From Desulfobacterales bacterium (GTDB taxonomy: Bacteria; Desulfobacterota; Desulfobacteria; Desulfobacterales; UBA5852): 64,000 nt of DNA. The translations under genes and the position numbers were made by a program. Numbering within the stretch: the stretch's first letter is position 1; each line of letters opens with the position of its first letter. Below the pieces are notes generated by a model. The model had not been told where the DNA came from. It saw nothing but the letters and a program-made list of their open reading frames with translations, and did no database searches. Where the stretch lies: NCBI GenBank assembly GCA_963674755.2, contig CAXXVS010000002.1, forward strand, positions 1,184,001-1,248,000. The letters run 5' to 3'. Positions 39,577 through 50,041 of this stretch are shown here, in pieces.

Positions 39577-40794
39577 TCAATGATCAGTTGCCGGGGGAAG
39601 CGCGGCGCCCGCTGCCCCTGAGGCTTCTCTGGCGATTTGTTCATAAACGCGACGTATGGACAGGCCCTGCGCACGGGCCACACGTCGGCAATCCTCGAAT
39701 TCGGGCACCCATCGTATTTCACCACCCGGCAAGGTGATTTTTTTAACGCTCACCCGCCCCATTGACAATACCATCTCAATTGTTTCCCGGGGCAGCGTCC
39801 AGCGCTGGACCGATGACACGCGCATGCCGATGGTGGTGGTTTCGTTGAACAGGACATCACGCAGAGTGGTAACCTGTGGTGCGCGGCATAACACCTGCAC
39901 CAGAGTGGCCGGCCGGTTCTTCTTCATGTAAACCGGGATCCAGTATACGTCCAACGCCCCGCCGGCAAAGAGTGCTTCCATCAAATAGCTGAAAATCTCC
40001 GGGTTCATGTCATCGATGGTGGTCTCGATCACCTGAACCGTATCGGTCAGACAATCATTCCCGGAACCAAGACGGTCTCCAAGCGGGCTCCCGATGACGA
40101 TGCGCAACAGATTGGGGTGTGAAGGAAATTCTTTGTGTCCGGCGCCGTACCCGATCGATGACACGGACATGGCTGGAAGCGGGCCGAAAGCGTTGCCCAG
40201 GGTCGTGATGATAGCGGCCCCGGTGGGCGTGACCAACTCTCCTTCGACTGCCATGCCGTAAATGGGGATGTCCTTCAGGATGGCCAAGGTCGCCGGTGCC
40301 GGCAGGGGAATCCTTCCGTGGCGGCAGTCCACAAACCCGTGTCCCTGGGGCAGTGCGGATGCCTCCACCCGGGTGATCCCGAGATAGTCGAGGCACAGGC
40401 AGCAGCCCACGATGTCGAGAATGGCATCCACAGCCCCCACCTCGTGGAAATGAACCGCCTCGATGTCACATCCGTGGATGCCGGCTTCGGCGGACGCCAA
40501 TCGATGAAAGATGGAGAGGGCCGATGCCTTGACGGAATCGGGCAGGCCACTCTTGTCGATCAGCTGGCGAATGTCGGCAAGGGAGCGGTGCGAACGGGTT
40601 TCCGGGGCCTGGATATCGCACAGCGTGGCGCGAATGCCGTGCCGTTCGACCGGCGTGGCCCTGATCGTGAAGGGCTCGATGGGCAATCGGGAGAGATCGT
40701 GCTGCAGCCGTTCGACCGGAATCCCTGAATCAATAAAAGCCCCCAGGGTCATATCCCCGCTGATCCCTGAAAAACAGTCAAAATAGGCCAGCAC
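39577..40794 (-). CDS. larC: Nickel pincer cofactor biosynthesis protein LarC family
   Basis: DCFSGISGDM, HFHEVGAVD, ELVTPTG, MKKNRP. Confidence 0.92.
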   Translation of the reverse strand: MLAYFDCFSGISGDMTLGAFIDSGIPVERLQHDLSRLPIEPFTIRATPVERHGIRATLCDIQAPETRSHRSLADIRQLIDKSGLPDSVKASALSIFHRLASAEAGIHGCDIEAVHFHEVGAVDAILDIVGCCLCLDYLGITRVEASALPQGHGFVDCRHGRIPLPAPATLAILKDIPIYGMAVEGELVTPTGAAIITTLGNAFGPLPAMSVSSIGYGAGHKEFPSHPNLLRIVIGSPLGDRLGSGNDCLTDTVQVIETTIDDMNPEIFSYLMEALFAGGALDVYWIPVYMKKNRPATLVQVLCRAPQVTTLRDVLFNETTTIGMRVSSVQRWTLPRETIEMVLSMGRVSVKKITLPGGEIRWVPEFEDCRRVARAQGLSIRRVYEQIAREASGAAGAALPPATDH

Positions 40795-40826
40795 GCGGCA
40801 ACTCCTTCCATGTGGGAGCAGGTATT

Positions 40827-41981
40827 CTAAGGTTGATACTGTTCGGCATCTTCATGGTAGAGCGCCGTTAGTTCGAGCGCCATTTCACAGGCCCGCACCA
40901 TATCCGGCAGCTCGACGTACTCCCGCACCGAATGCACGTCCGTCATGCCGGTGCCTAACACGCCGGTAAAAATACCCTTTTGAAAATACACGTTGGCGTC
41001 CGAACCGCCGCCGGCCACCTGCAAGCTGATGGAACGGTTGAGGCGCTCGGCAGCTTTAAAGGCCATCCGCACGACAGCGTGGTCATCGGGTATGTGCGTC
41101 CGTTTGAAATCCTGATGGACATCCACCGTTACATAGGGCCGGTCATCATCGCCCCGGCCGGGATATTGAGCGGCCGCCTGTTGAAAGGCGTCGATCATCC
41201 GCTGGGTCACGGTTTCCAGTTTGTCCTCGTCATGGCTGCGCACTTCGCCGTCCACTTCCACTTGTTTGGGGACGATGTTGGTGGCATCCCCGCCGTGGAT
41301 GACGCCCAAGTTGCAGGTGGTCTCCGCGTCCACCCTCCCCAACTCAAGGGTCGCAATAGCTCTGGCCGCCACCCAAATGGCATTGATGCCTTTCTCCGGG
41401 GTCGACCCCGCGTGGGCATCCCGGCCCACCACGGTAAATTTGAGCCGGTTGGCCGAGGGCGCCCGGGTTACGAGCCCTCCCGGATCGCGGGTATCCAGCA
41501 CATAGCCATGACGGGCCGCGATCAGGGACCAGTCCAGATGTTTGGCCCCCAGCAGGCCGATCTCTTCACAGGTCGATAATACGAACTCCAACGGGGGGTA
41601 TGGCCGGCCGGATTCCTTGAGCACGCGCAACATTTCGATTAAGATGGCAATGGCGCTTTTGTCGTCGGCCCCGAGGATGGTCGTGCCGTCGCTGGTAATA
41701 CGGCCATCCTTCAAAACAGGCTTGATGCCGCGTCCGGGTTCGACCGTGTCCATGTGGGCACTGAACAGAAGCGGCGATGCCGTGCTGTGACCCTTAAAGC
41801 GGGCAATCAGGTTGCCGGTATCGCTGCCGGTTTGAGCGGCTGAGTTATCAAAGACGGTTTGGGCGCCCAAAGACGCCAACAGATCCTGCAAATAAAGCGC
41901 TAAGCGTCCTTCTTCACGCGAAACGCTGTCAATCCGCACGAGATCCATGAATGTTTCGGCCATGCGCTTTTCGTTTATCAC
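40827..41981 (-). CDS. M20 family (peptidase T-like) metallohydrolase
   Basis: SAHMDTV, LGADDK, EEIGLLG, GGSDAN. Confidence 0.9.
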   Translation of the reverse strand: MINEKRMAETFMDLVRIDSVSREEGRLALYLQDLLASLGAQTVFDNSAAQTGSDTGNLIARFKGHSTASPLLFSAHMDTVEPGRGIKPVLKDGRITSDGTTILGADDKSAIAILIEMLRVLKESGRPYPPLEFVLSTCEEIGLLGAKHLDWSLIAARHGYVLDTRDPGGLVTRAPSANRLKFTVVGRDAHAGSTPEKGINAIWVAARAIATLELGRVDAETTCNLGVIHGGDATNIVPKQVEVDGEVRSHDEDKLETVTQRMIDAFQQAAAQYPGRGDDDRPYVTVDVHQDFKRTHIPDDHAVVRMAFKAAERLNRSISLQVAGGGSDANVYFQKGIFTGVLGTGMTDVHSVREYVELPDMVRACEMALELTALYHEDAEQYQP

Positions 41982-42004
41982 GGTGCAATTCGCTCCTTAA
42001 GGAA

Positions 42005-42034
42005 TTGACAAACTGGGCCGAGGCCCGATATAAC
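42005..42034 (+). promoter_or_regulatory. Sigma70 promoter of selC
   Basis: TTGACA-N18-TATAAC just upstream of tRNA-Sec. Confidence 0.6.
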
Positions 42035-42047
42035 CCTCATCCATTGC

Positions 42048-42145
42048 GGAAGTGCGCAGCTACCTGGTGGGGCTCCCGGGCTTCAAACCCGGTGTGGGGC
42101 GTTAAAACCGTCCCGGGTGGGTTCGATTCCCATGCACTTCCGCCA
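42048..42145 (+). tRNA. selC: tRNA-Sec (UCA)
   Basis: GGAAGTGC...CCGGGCTTCAAACCCGG...GGGTTCGATTCCCATGCACTTCCGCCA: UCA anticodon, 8-bp acceptor stem, long variable arm, 98 nt. Confidence 0.95.
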
Positions 42146-42940
42146 TCTATAACAATAATTACAATGCTTTACATATTGCTGTCAACCCAAAAACGGGGAC
42201 CAAACGGGGACCAAAACCCTTCTTGCGGTCCCCATTTTTATTTCCTGTCTGATTGATCATCATATGTCTGTCCCCGCCTGCATGTTCAACTTAACCATCT
42301 TCAATAGAAGTCAATCAACAAAACAATCATATGTCCACGCTAAAGCCTTTCATACTAACTCTAAGCTTAGATCGAAAGCTTTTTGAAAGGCTACCATACC
42401 ATAAAAGGTTTTTTTAACCTATATATCTGAAAATGTTGTAAATTTTCAATTTGTGCACTTACTTAAAATTGAATTGATTTTCCTGAAAAAGTGTACCACT
42501 AGTTTCAGACCCGCCCCTACCCTGCTCAATGAATCTTTCTCTGCTGCCCCCAGTGAATGCTAACGCACTGCGCTATACCACCCACAAGACCGGCTTTTAC
42601 GATCAATCCATGCAGGCTTGCTGCAAAACGTTAGCCTGATCCCTGGTAATCCGGCTGAATATCAGCGAGTACTTTGCTAATTCAGCGGCCCGCCTTTCGA
42701 TCACCGACGGCACGGCTCTGGCCTTTGTACCCTTGCGGGCCCTCCTGACCCGCATAGCGCCCATTAAACAGGCCGTGACCTCCCAGCGTTTTAGGGATGT
42801 CGAATATGCTTGATCTGGTTGCCCGGAACCTTGCCGATATCGTTAGCGGCACTGAGTCCGAGCTTTGCCTAACCGAGGCCTATGCCCAGGCCTTAAGCAA
42901 CCACCAGTCCGCGGGAGCCTCCACAGGCTAAGGCAGCGAG

Positions 42941-43354
42941 ATGGAAGTGGTCCTGGCTGCAGATGCCATCGCCACCGGCAGCGTGGCTATGCTCCAGCCC
43001 GAGTATGGCTGGCACCTCAAGGCCAGCGGAGAGAATGGCGATGCCGTGCGCATCCTGCGGGTGGGCCCCTTTGTGGAGCTGCCCGAGATATCCCATAGCA
43101 TTTACCGCGACGCCCGGTTGATCGAGACCAGGGCCACGGCCGAAATCGACGCCCACACCCACGTCGATATCGCGCGCACCGTAACCCTGGGCATCCACCT
43201 GCCCGAGCTGGAGCCCGGCGATATTGCCGGCCTCAACAGCGCCCGCCGCAATAAAAACGAGCTGGGCCAGGTGACCGGCCACCGCATCAGCGGCGAGCTG
43301 AACAGCCTCACCAACGAGCTGGACATATCATTTTACAAGGACTTGACGCGCTGA
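42941..43354 (+). pseudogene. Phage tail/baseplate-hub-like protein, C-terminal remnant
   Basis: TLGIHLPELEPGDIAGL...QVTGHRIS resembles the end of tail hub proteins. The upstream part is decayed. Confidence 0.45.
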
Positions 43355-43596
43355 TGCTTGAGCAGATCCTGAAAAGAAAGCCGCCCACCTTCACGGCGGG
43401 GACGGTGCGAGACGTGGACACGGCCCGTCAAAGGGCTCTGGTTGAGCTTCAGAGCGGCCTTACGTCCTGGATGGGATATGGCAGGGTCGATCCGCCGGGC
43501 GTTGGAGAATCGGTGATCGTGGCCCGTGACAGGCAAAGATTTATCGTACAGCGGGCGGCCGATCAGCCACCCGGAGAAACCCTAATCGAAGTTTAA
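43354..43596 (+). CDS. Small phage-like protein (OB-fold baseplate/spike-like)
   Basis: TGATG coupling with the upstream ORF; AGTVRDVD...RALVEL...PGVGESVIV. Confidence 0.45.
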   Translation: MLEQILKRKPPTFTAGTVRDVDTARQRALVELQSGLTSWMGYGRVDPPGVGESVIVARDRQRFIVQRAADQPPGETLIEV

Positions 43597-43599
43597 ATA

Positions 43600-45299
43600 G
43601 GGCTTCCTGAATAATGTCCTTTGCGCCGCATATCCTATCGCTACTGAGGTTTTACGGCCTGCAGAAGCCAACGAGACCAATGTCACCACCGAGACAAATA
43701 CGGCAATATCGCCTTGCAGGAGGCTTATTCCAGCGGCTGGGAGCCCAGATAGTAGATGTGAGGCACGAAAAGAGCGCAAAAAAATGGCTCTTGAGCCACT
43801 CCTCCAGATTCATCACCACGAAGGCCACCAGGATCGCCGCCTCGGAGGTGATATCGAGCTTGCACATGATCCGAGATAGCCTGAAGCGCCGCTTGCCTTG
43901 CCCGAACTTGCCTTCGATCGGTATCCGGGCAAGTTCGCCCTGGCGGGCTTGCTTGGCCATGGCCTTTTGCTTCTCGACATCGGCCGGTGGTCGGCCCAAC
44001 GGTGGTCCTGAAAGGCGAATGCCATGCTTTTTGCAAAACTTACGGTTGGCCCAGGTGCGGTAGATCTTATCGGCGTGGACCGATTCCGGATAATGGCCAA
44101 AGCGCGTGCGGTAAGCCTCGATCTGCCCGATCAGATCGCCGGTCTCGTTATAGGCATCCCAACTGATGCGATCCACAAAGGAGACGCCGTCAATCAGGCT
44201 GGCCGATATCTTGGCGCCAAACTCGGTGGCGGCCCCGGCCTTACCGCGCTTGATAGGCCGAACATGGGGTTGTGAGACGCTCACAATGCGATCGGCGATG
44301 CGGGTCTCGCGGTGATCATAAAGCCATTGCTGCTGGCGATAGACTTCATGGATGACCAGCAAGTTCTTGTAACCACGGCGCCTGAGGACGGTAAGCGGTG
44401 TCTGGCGCGAGAGCTTATCGATGGTTTTCAGGTTCCGCCTAAGATATCCTAACTGCTTTCGCCGGGCCTTTCGCATCTTGTTCTTTGATAAACGCTTGCC
44501 CTTGGCGGCGGCAAGAAATGCCTTGCGGGCCACTTTACGGTAGGTGCGCGGCTTTTTCTGCTTTCCCTTGAGTGGCTTGTGCAGGATATCGATGATCTCT
44601 TCGCTTTTCTCGCGGGCGGTGTTCAAAAGCTTCAGATCGGTCGGGAACGTAATGTCCGCCGGCGTGCAGGTGGCATCCACCAGCAGCTTGCCCCGGTTGC
44701 CGGATGCGCTCCCCCCAGAATCGTCATCGCCGTTGTCATCCGATTTGGTCTTGGCCGCTTTAGCTTCTTCATCGAGTGCTTTGCAGGCAATCGTTTCGTT
44801 GATCTTGGCCATGCGCTTCTTGCCGAAGCGCTTTCTGAAGTAAACGAACAGCGACGGGTCGAAGGGCTTCTCGTCAACGTATTCCCTGTAGCCCAGAAAG
44901 TACTGTAGGTATGGATTCTCCCGGATCTGCTCCACGGTTTCCTCGTCGCTGGTACCCAGGCGCTCTTTGATAATCAGCGCACCCAAGGCCACCCGCACTG
45001 ATTTGGCTGGAGGCCCCAAACGCGTATTTTTGAAGCTTTTGCGGTAGGCCTTTTCAAACTCATCCCAGGGGATAAACTTGGCCATCTTCACCCAGCGATT
45101 ATCGCTGCGCAGTTTACCGCCGAAGGGTAGATGGAAGTCTTCGAATTCCAATTGGCGCTGATTGTGTCGATACATGAGAATTCCCGGAAAAAGTGCACGG
45201 ATTTTGGCCAAAATGGGAGGGTTTGTTTTTCACTTTCTCGGCAACTTATAGCATGTATAGACAATAAATACAAGATCTTAAACGTTATTAAGGAAGCCC
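43600..45299 (-). mobile_element. IS5-family insertion sequence
   Basis: IRs GGGCTTCCTGAATAATGT / ACGTTATTAAGGAAGCCC; 6-bp direct repeat TAAATA at 43594-43599 and 45300-45305. Confidence 0.9.
43652..45175 (-). CDS. IS5-family DDE transposase
   Basis: LLVDAT, RGKAGAATEFGAK, HADKIY, RIPIEGKFGQGKR. Confidence 0.92.
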   Translation of the reverse strand: MYRHNQRQLEFEDFHLPFGGKLRSDNRWVKMAKFIPWDEFEKAYRKSFKNTRLGPPAKSVRVALGALIIKERLGTSDEETVEQIRENPYLQYFLGYREYVDEKPFDPSLFVYFRKRFGKKRMAKINETIACKALDEEAKAAKTKSDDNGDDDSGGSASGNRGKLLVDATCTPADITFPTDLKLLNTAREKSEEIIDILHKPLKGKQKKPRTYRKVARKAFLAAAKGKRLSKNKMRKARRKQLGYLRRNLKTIDKLSRQTPLTVLRRRGYKNLLVIHEVYRQQQWLYDHRETRIADRIVSVSQPHVRPIKRGKAGAATEFGAKISASLIDGVSFVDRISWDAYNETGDLIGQIEAYRTRFGHYPESVHADKIYRTWANRKFCKKHGIRLSGPPLGRPPADVEKQKAMAKQARQGELARIPIEGKFGQGKRRFRLSRIMCKLDITSEAAILVAFVVMNLEEWLKSHFFALFSCLTSTIWAPSRWNKPPARRYCRICLGGDIGLVGFCRP

Positions 45300-45319
45300 T
45301 AAATAGAAAGGAAAAGACA

Positions 45320-45496
45320 ATGAAAGACGACAAACTTCCCGGAATGATCATTTTAGGTACTATCGCTCTTTGCGCCATCGCCGGCGGCTGCCTGATGTAC
45401 TGGCACGATCCTGCCAAGGCCATGAACATGGTAACGCCGCTCATCAGCATCGCCACCACGGCCGTGGGGGGTTATTGGCGGGTTGATTACAGGTGA
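45320..45496 (+). CDS. Small two-TM protein (holin-like, phage remnant)
   Basis: AAGGA RBS and two hydrophobic segments; follows the phage ORF directly once IS5 is removed. Confidence 0.45.
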   Translation: MKDDKLPGMIILGTIALCAIAGGCLMYWHDPAKAMNMVTPLISIATTAVGGYWRVDYR

Positions 45497-45596
45497 GCGG
45501 CGTAGCGTTTTAGGGATCAAGAGCAAACAATGAATTTGTCACAGTTGAATCTACATCATCCTAACAAATCGCCAGCTTTACGTTTGCATAAATATT

Positions 45597-45893
45597 TTAA
45601 ACGAAGTCATCCTTAACACATGCGGCAATTTTTTCAGGCACAACTGACTCTGGGGCAACGATGGTTTCGGTTCCACTGTCTGTAGTGCGTGTAATTTGAA
45701 ACCGAAAAGCATCAGCAAGCGCGGGGGCTTCTTTTAAATCGCGGCCATTGAACAATGCATCCAGCTCTTGGAGCTCGGTGTCAGATAATTCCGATGTGTC
45801 TATCTGCCCGCGGCTTCGAATACGAGCTCGGGTTCCGCCAAAGCCAGCTAAACCTCCGAGCCTTTCAATTGTCAAAACAGCCATTTGGGACAA
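45597..45893 (-). CDS. Protealysin inhibitor emfourin-like protein
   Basis: IERLGGLAGF ... ADAFRFQIT ... PESVVP, downstream of an M4 protease. Confidence 0.8.
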   Translation of the reverse strand: MSQMAVLTIERLGGLAGFGGTRARIRSRGQIDTSELSDTELQELDALFNGRDLKEAPALADAFRFQITRTTDSGTETIVAPESVVPEKIAACVKDDFV

Positions 45894-45917
45894 CTCCGAT
45901 ATATATTTGTAAGCCGA

Positions 45918-47039
45918 CTATAGCCCAACGTCTTTCCAGGCTTTATCAACAGCAGCCTTGATGGACGCATCGGCAGGGAAAAGCGATCCAGCTAATTTTC
46001 GAGTTCGGTTGGCGAATACCTTCATCTTCAAATATGGATTAGGTGCGAAACCTGTCAAGGCATCGTACCATATTCTCCCGGCTTTTTCCCAGCTTTTGCC
46101 ACCGATCATCATAGCCGCTTTATAAAAGGCAAAATTTGGTATACCGCTGCTTTCATGGGGGTCCATGCCATCCTTGTATTCGGAAAAATGCGCTGGTTGC
46201 GGCGAAAGGCAATGGTTTGCCCCAGGGTTCGACATATCGCGGAGGCACGTATAACCGCGCTGAATCGCACCTGGCCCCATAATATCGCTGCCGATCAACC
46301 AATCAGCATTAGAAACCGTCTGTTGTAACTCCCACTGCCGGAACATCGAACCGAATACGTCTGAGATACTTTCGTTAAGACCGCCTGCTTGGTTGCTGTA
46401 GGCGAAAGCAGCGGTATATTGGGTGACGCCGTGGGTCAATTCGTGCGCAATGACATCGTTTGATTGGGTAAAATCCACAAAGATATTTCCATCGCCATCA
46501 CCATAGGTCATTTGACTGCCGTTCCAAAAGGCGTTGTTGTAGTCTATGCTATAATGGATGGAGGACAAAAGCCCCATCCCGGCATTGTCTATTGAGTTAC
46601 GGCCGAACACCTTCTTATAAAATTCTGAAACCGACTTAGTTTCGGCATAGGTGCGTTTGGCAGTGGGATCCAGGGATGTTTGCGGCTTGGAAATCGGGGT
46701 ACCAGGCAACGTGGTGCCATGTTGGCAATCGAATACCGAAACCGCGGGCGGAGTTGCGGCAATGGCAGCGGTCATACCGGAGACGAGATATTTTTGTGTT
46801 AAAAGAGTGTATTTCCCCTTTGCATATCGCACCTTTCTCCACTCGTCTTCGAGCTTAGTGGCATCGATAAATGATTGTCTCTCCTTATTGGATAGATTTT
46901 TATCCTTGGCGAATTTTTCGAGAACGGATTTTGGGATAATAAAGCATCCGCAGGGGATAATCATATTGTCATGTGGTTCCTTTGCCAGTTTGTCGTTGGA
47001 ACATTTTTCAATGTCATTAAATCGTTTTGATTTTTTCAT
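45918..47039 (-). CDS. Protealysin-type M4 metalloprotease
   Basis: CFIIP propeptide, NNAFWNG, AHELTHG, GGLNESISD, HESSGIPN; no signal peptide. Confidence 0.92.
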   Translation of the reverse strand: MKKSKRFNDIEKCSNDKLAKEPHDNMIIPCGCFIIPKSVLEKFAKDKNLSNKERQSFIDATKLEDEWRKVRYAKGKYTLLTQKYLVSGMTAAIAATPPAVSVFDCQHGTTLPGTPISKPQTSLDPTAKRTYAETKSVSEFYKKVFGRNSIDNAGMGLLSSIHYSIDYNNAFWNGSQMTYGDGDGNIFVDFTQSNDVIAHELTHGVTQYTAAFAYSNQAGGLNESISDVFGSMFRQWELQQTVSNADWLIGSDIMGPGAIQRGYTCLRDMSNPGANHCLSPQPAHFSEYKDGMDPHESSGIPNFAFYKAAMMIGGKSWEKAGRIWYDALTGFAPNPYLKMKVFANRTRKLAGSLFPADASIKAAVDKAWKDVGL

Positions 47040-47133
47040 TGTTGTTCCTCCTAATTAAATTAGGTTAGTCATTGCATGTTATCCTTCTGGATAAAGACAC
47101 ATTCTTATTTTACTGGGAAAATATTTTACCGAT

Positions 47134-48714
47134 CTAATTGTCCATTAGTTCGATAATCTCCTTTTCGATGGTCAACCTCTCCAGTTCAAGGCGTGCACGT
47201 TCAATGTCCATGGTATCTATTTCTTTAAGTAATTTTTGCAATTCGAGATTATATTTAAGATCCGATAGCTCTTTGTCTTCTACCTTCGTTAAATCGGAGA
47301 GCTCCTTTTGCTTTTTAATCAGCTCAATTTGATTATTTAGGCTATCAACTGTCTCTTGGTTGTCTGCCTTCTTCTCCGCTTCTTTGATTTGGGCTCGTTG
47401 TATTTTGTATTTTGAGTACTCTTCAGCTATTTCTCCAAGTGCTGCAGAGGCTTCCTCTGCAGGCGCATTACTAGAATATTTCACACTGTTTAGCATGCCG
47501 CTTTCACTAAAGGTTGCACTGAAGTGATTCTCTTGAAAAGCTTTATTAACGAACGGCAAGACAGCAATAGGTCCGGCATCAACTAAATTAATCCTGTCCT
47601 TCCAAAGTGTTTCGACATTTTCATCGCTATCTTTTCTCGTAATCTGTGCATCAACAAGTACAGCCTGTCGATAGACGATGCCATTAACAGGCATCGTCGG
47701 GCGTTTAAATTGGTACGGTTTGCCATCCTTGATGCTGTAATTCACATTTATCTCCATATTCTCGCGCAGCTCCGGTATTTCGAAGCTTACCGACAATATT
47801 TTTGCGGCATCAGTAAGATATCGTTGCCCAATTAATATTTGACTCATATCATCTCTAAACCACTTTTCTAGCGATTCTTCTTTTGGAGATAAAACGATTT
47901 GGTCGGTAGTTGCAAATTTAAAAGTTTTTTCGACTGTTAGGATATCCAATGAATCGTTATATTCTTGATTCAAGCCTTCTAGTTCGGCATGTAATTGAGT
48001 CAACTCTTTTAGGCTTCTTTCTAAATCCTTAATACTGGGCGCGTTTTCTGTGGCCTCCTCGATGCTTTTCCTTAATAATTTTATTTCATTAATTTTGCGC
48101 TTTATTTCTGTTAATTTGACAGCCACATTCTTTTTCTGTGAATCAATATTTTCTAGTGCAATTTGAACTTTTTTTGAGCACACAGATATCGTCTCAACAT
48201 TGCCTCTCGTTTTGGTTTCCTGTGGAAGGAGGGTTGGAATGGCCAAAAGCCCAGCAGGTCCAACCCCTTGTACGAGTGCAACTGTTGCCGCAACTTTGGC
48301 AAGAGCTATGGCTATTTCGGCAGTCTGATCATCTGCGCTCGTATTGATTGATTTGATCATTCCATTAGGATGATATTGCAGGTCGAAATCAAATTTTTTG
48401 GTCATTGACTCCAGTTCTCGGTACTCAATCAAGTATGTATTCGACAGGTCGGCAACAGATTGAGACGTCACTGCAATTTTTGTTTTTACCTTCAGATAAA
48501 GCCGCCATTCTTCCTTTTTCATTTTGATTATGTAAGGGCATTGCTGAAGAACATTCGATACGGTAACGTGGAATTCGGATTTTGGTAAGTAATAGAGCGC
48601 ACCTTCATAAGTATCGGCTTCCTTATATTTCGATACCTTTAGATAGGTGCAACTCATACCGAAAGAAGCAATCAGGAAGGACAGGATAACCGCCAAACAG
48701 TAGACTTTTCGCAT
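47134..48714 (-). CDS. Hypothetical lipoprotein with coiled coils
   Basis: Lipobox-like GMSC, YYLPK motif, two long heptad regions. Confidence 0.65.
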   Translation of the reverse strand: MRKVYCLAVILSFLIASFGMSCTYLKVSKYKEADTYEGALYYLPKSEFHVTVSNVLQQCPYIIKMKKEEWRLYLKVKTKIAVTSQSVADLSNTYLIEYRELESMTKKFDFDLQYHPNGMIKSINTSADDQTAEIAIALAKVAATVALVQGVGPAGLLAIPTLLPQETKTRGNVETISVCSKKVQIALENIDSQKKNVAVKLTEIKRKINEIKLLRKSIEEATENAPSIKDLERSLKELTQLHAELEGLNQEYNDSLDILTVEKTFKFATTDQIVLSPKEESLEKWFRDDMSQILIGQRYLTDAAKILSVSFEIPELRENMEINVNYSIKDGKPYQFKRPTMPVNGIVYRQAVLVDAQITRKDSDENVETLWKDRINLVDAGPIAVLPFVNKAFQENHFSATFSESGMLNSVKYSSNAPAEEASAALGEIAEEYSKYKIQRAQIKEAEKKADNQETVDSLNNQIELIKKQKELSDLTKVEDKELSDLKYNLELQKLLKEIDTMDIERARLELERLTIEKEIIELMDN

Positions 48715-49237
48715 GAGCCCTCCAGAAATTCATTTGGCGTTGATATTCAGAATCATACACGATTTACAAAAAGGTGGGACGTATCCATAATCGTCTTGCA
48801 TCAGAAAAAGGCGCGGCTTTAATTAGGAGGACAAACAGCAGGATTTATACCGAAATGAATGGAATTCCCTTCACTCGAACGTAACCACATGAAATCTATT
48901 GAAAAGTGCAATAAATGTATTATGTAAGAATATCAGATAGACAGACTGCTTGTAAATCAGGTAGACGATTGGTCGCAGAAATTGATTAGCAGGTTGACAC
49001 CTTGGTTACAACCGTACGTATTATCCGTCCTATGAAGACTACTCCCCGTCCACAAAAGCTGCGTTGAAAAGAAACAGCCGGGGATTGTGCTTCTTTTCCT
49101 CGAAATGGATGACAGTGCCCTCCGAGGGCTTAAGGCGGGCCTTGAATGTCAATGATCACCCTAATGAGGCCACCTATGATCGCCTTAATGGGGCCATTTC
49201 AAACCGACCAAAAAGCGGTTTTCGGACCGGCTTCAAA

Positions 49238-50041
49238 CTATTGTTTTTCACCCCCTTTCGAACCGCCGTTTTTGGGCGTTTTTTGACATGTGTTTTTAGC
49301 TGATTTGGAGACCGGTCGCGGGGAGCGATAGCTCTTGCCCTCCAGCACGACGGTGTAGGCACCGTGGCGCAGCCGGTCGACGGTGGCTTCCCCCAAAATC
49401 CGGTTTGGAAAGGCGTCGGTCCATTCCGGGATGTCCAGGTTCGAGGTCACGATGGTGCTTTTGCGCTCGTAGCGCTCTGAGATGACATCGTGGAAGTCCT
49501 CGTCCTGAGCGGGTTTGAGGGGTTTAAGGCCGAAGTCGTCAATGATCAGGAGATCGACGCCGGCGATCTTTGCAAAATGCCGATCGTAGCCGTTGGTTGC
49601 CCGGGCGGCGTTTAGCTGGGAGAGCATCTTGGATGCGGAAGTAAAGAGCACGCTGTGCCCGTTTCGAATGGCGCTGTGGCCGAGGGCCTGCGCCAGATGG
49701 CTTTTTCCCGTTCCGCACGGGCCGATGATGAACACACAGACCCGCTCGGCCATGAACCGGCACGAGGCCAGCTCCATGACCAGGGCGCGATTGATGTTGG
49801 GATTGTAGGCGAAGTCAAACTCTTCCAGGGTTTTCTGGTTACGGAAGTTGGCCCGCCGCAGGGCGGAGGCTAATTTCTTCTGGTTGCGACGGGCGATTTC
49901 GTCGGTGATGATGGTGGCCAGAAAGTCCATGTAGGACATCTTGTTTTCGATGGCCTGCCGGTTGCGCGACTCGATGGAGTCCAGGATTCCCGACAGGCGA
50001 AGCTGCTTTAGCATGGGCGTCAGATCGGGTATCGGATTCAT
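49238..50041 (-). CDS. istB: IS21 helper ATPase
   Basis: GPCGTGKSH, LLIIDDFG, DRLRH, GKSYR. Confidence 0.94.
   Translation of the reverse strand: MNPIPDLTPMLKQLRLSGILDSIESRNRQAIENKMSYMDFLATIITDEIARRNQKKLASALRRANFRNQKTLEEFDFAYNPNINRALVMELASCRFMAERVCVFIIGPCGTGKSHLAQALGHSAIRNGHSVLFTSASKMLSQLNAARATNGYDRHFAKIAGVDLLIIDDFGLKPLKPAQDEDFHDVISERYERKSTIVTSNLDIPEWTDAFPNRILGEATVDRLRHGAYTVVLEGKSYRSPRPVSKSAKNTCQKTPKNGGSKGGEKQ

Noticed and set aside
10447..41790. Many long antisense or alternate-frame ORFs (e.g. 13093..14136, 16681..17838, 22434..23630, 35910..37004)
   Set aside because: They are shadows of recognised GC-rich genes and show no family motifs.
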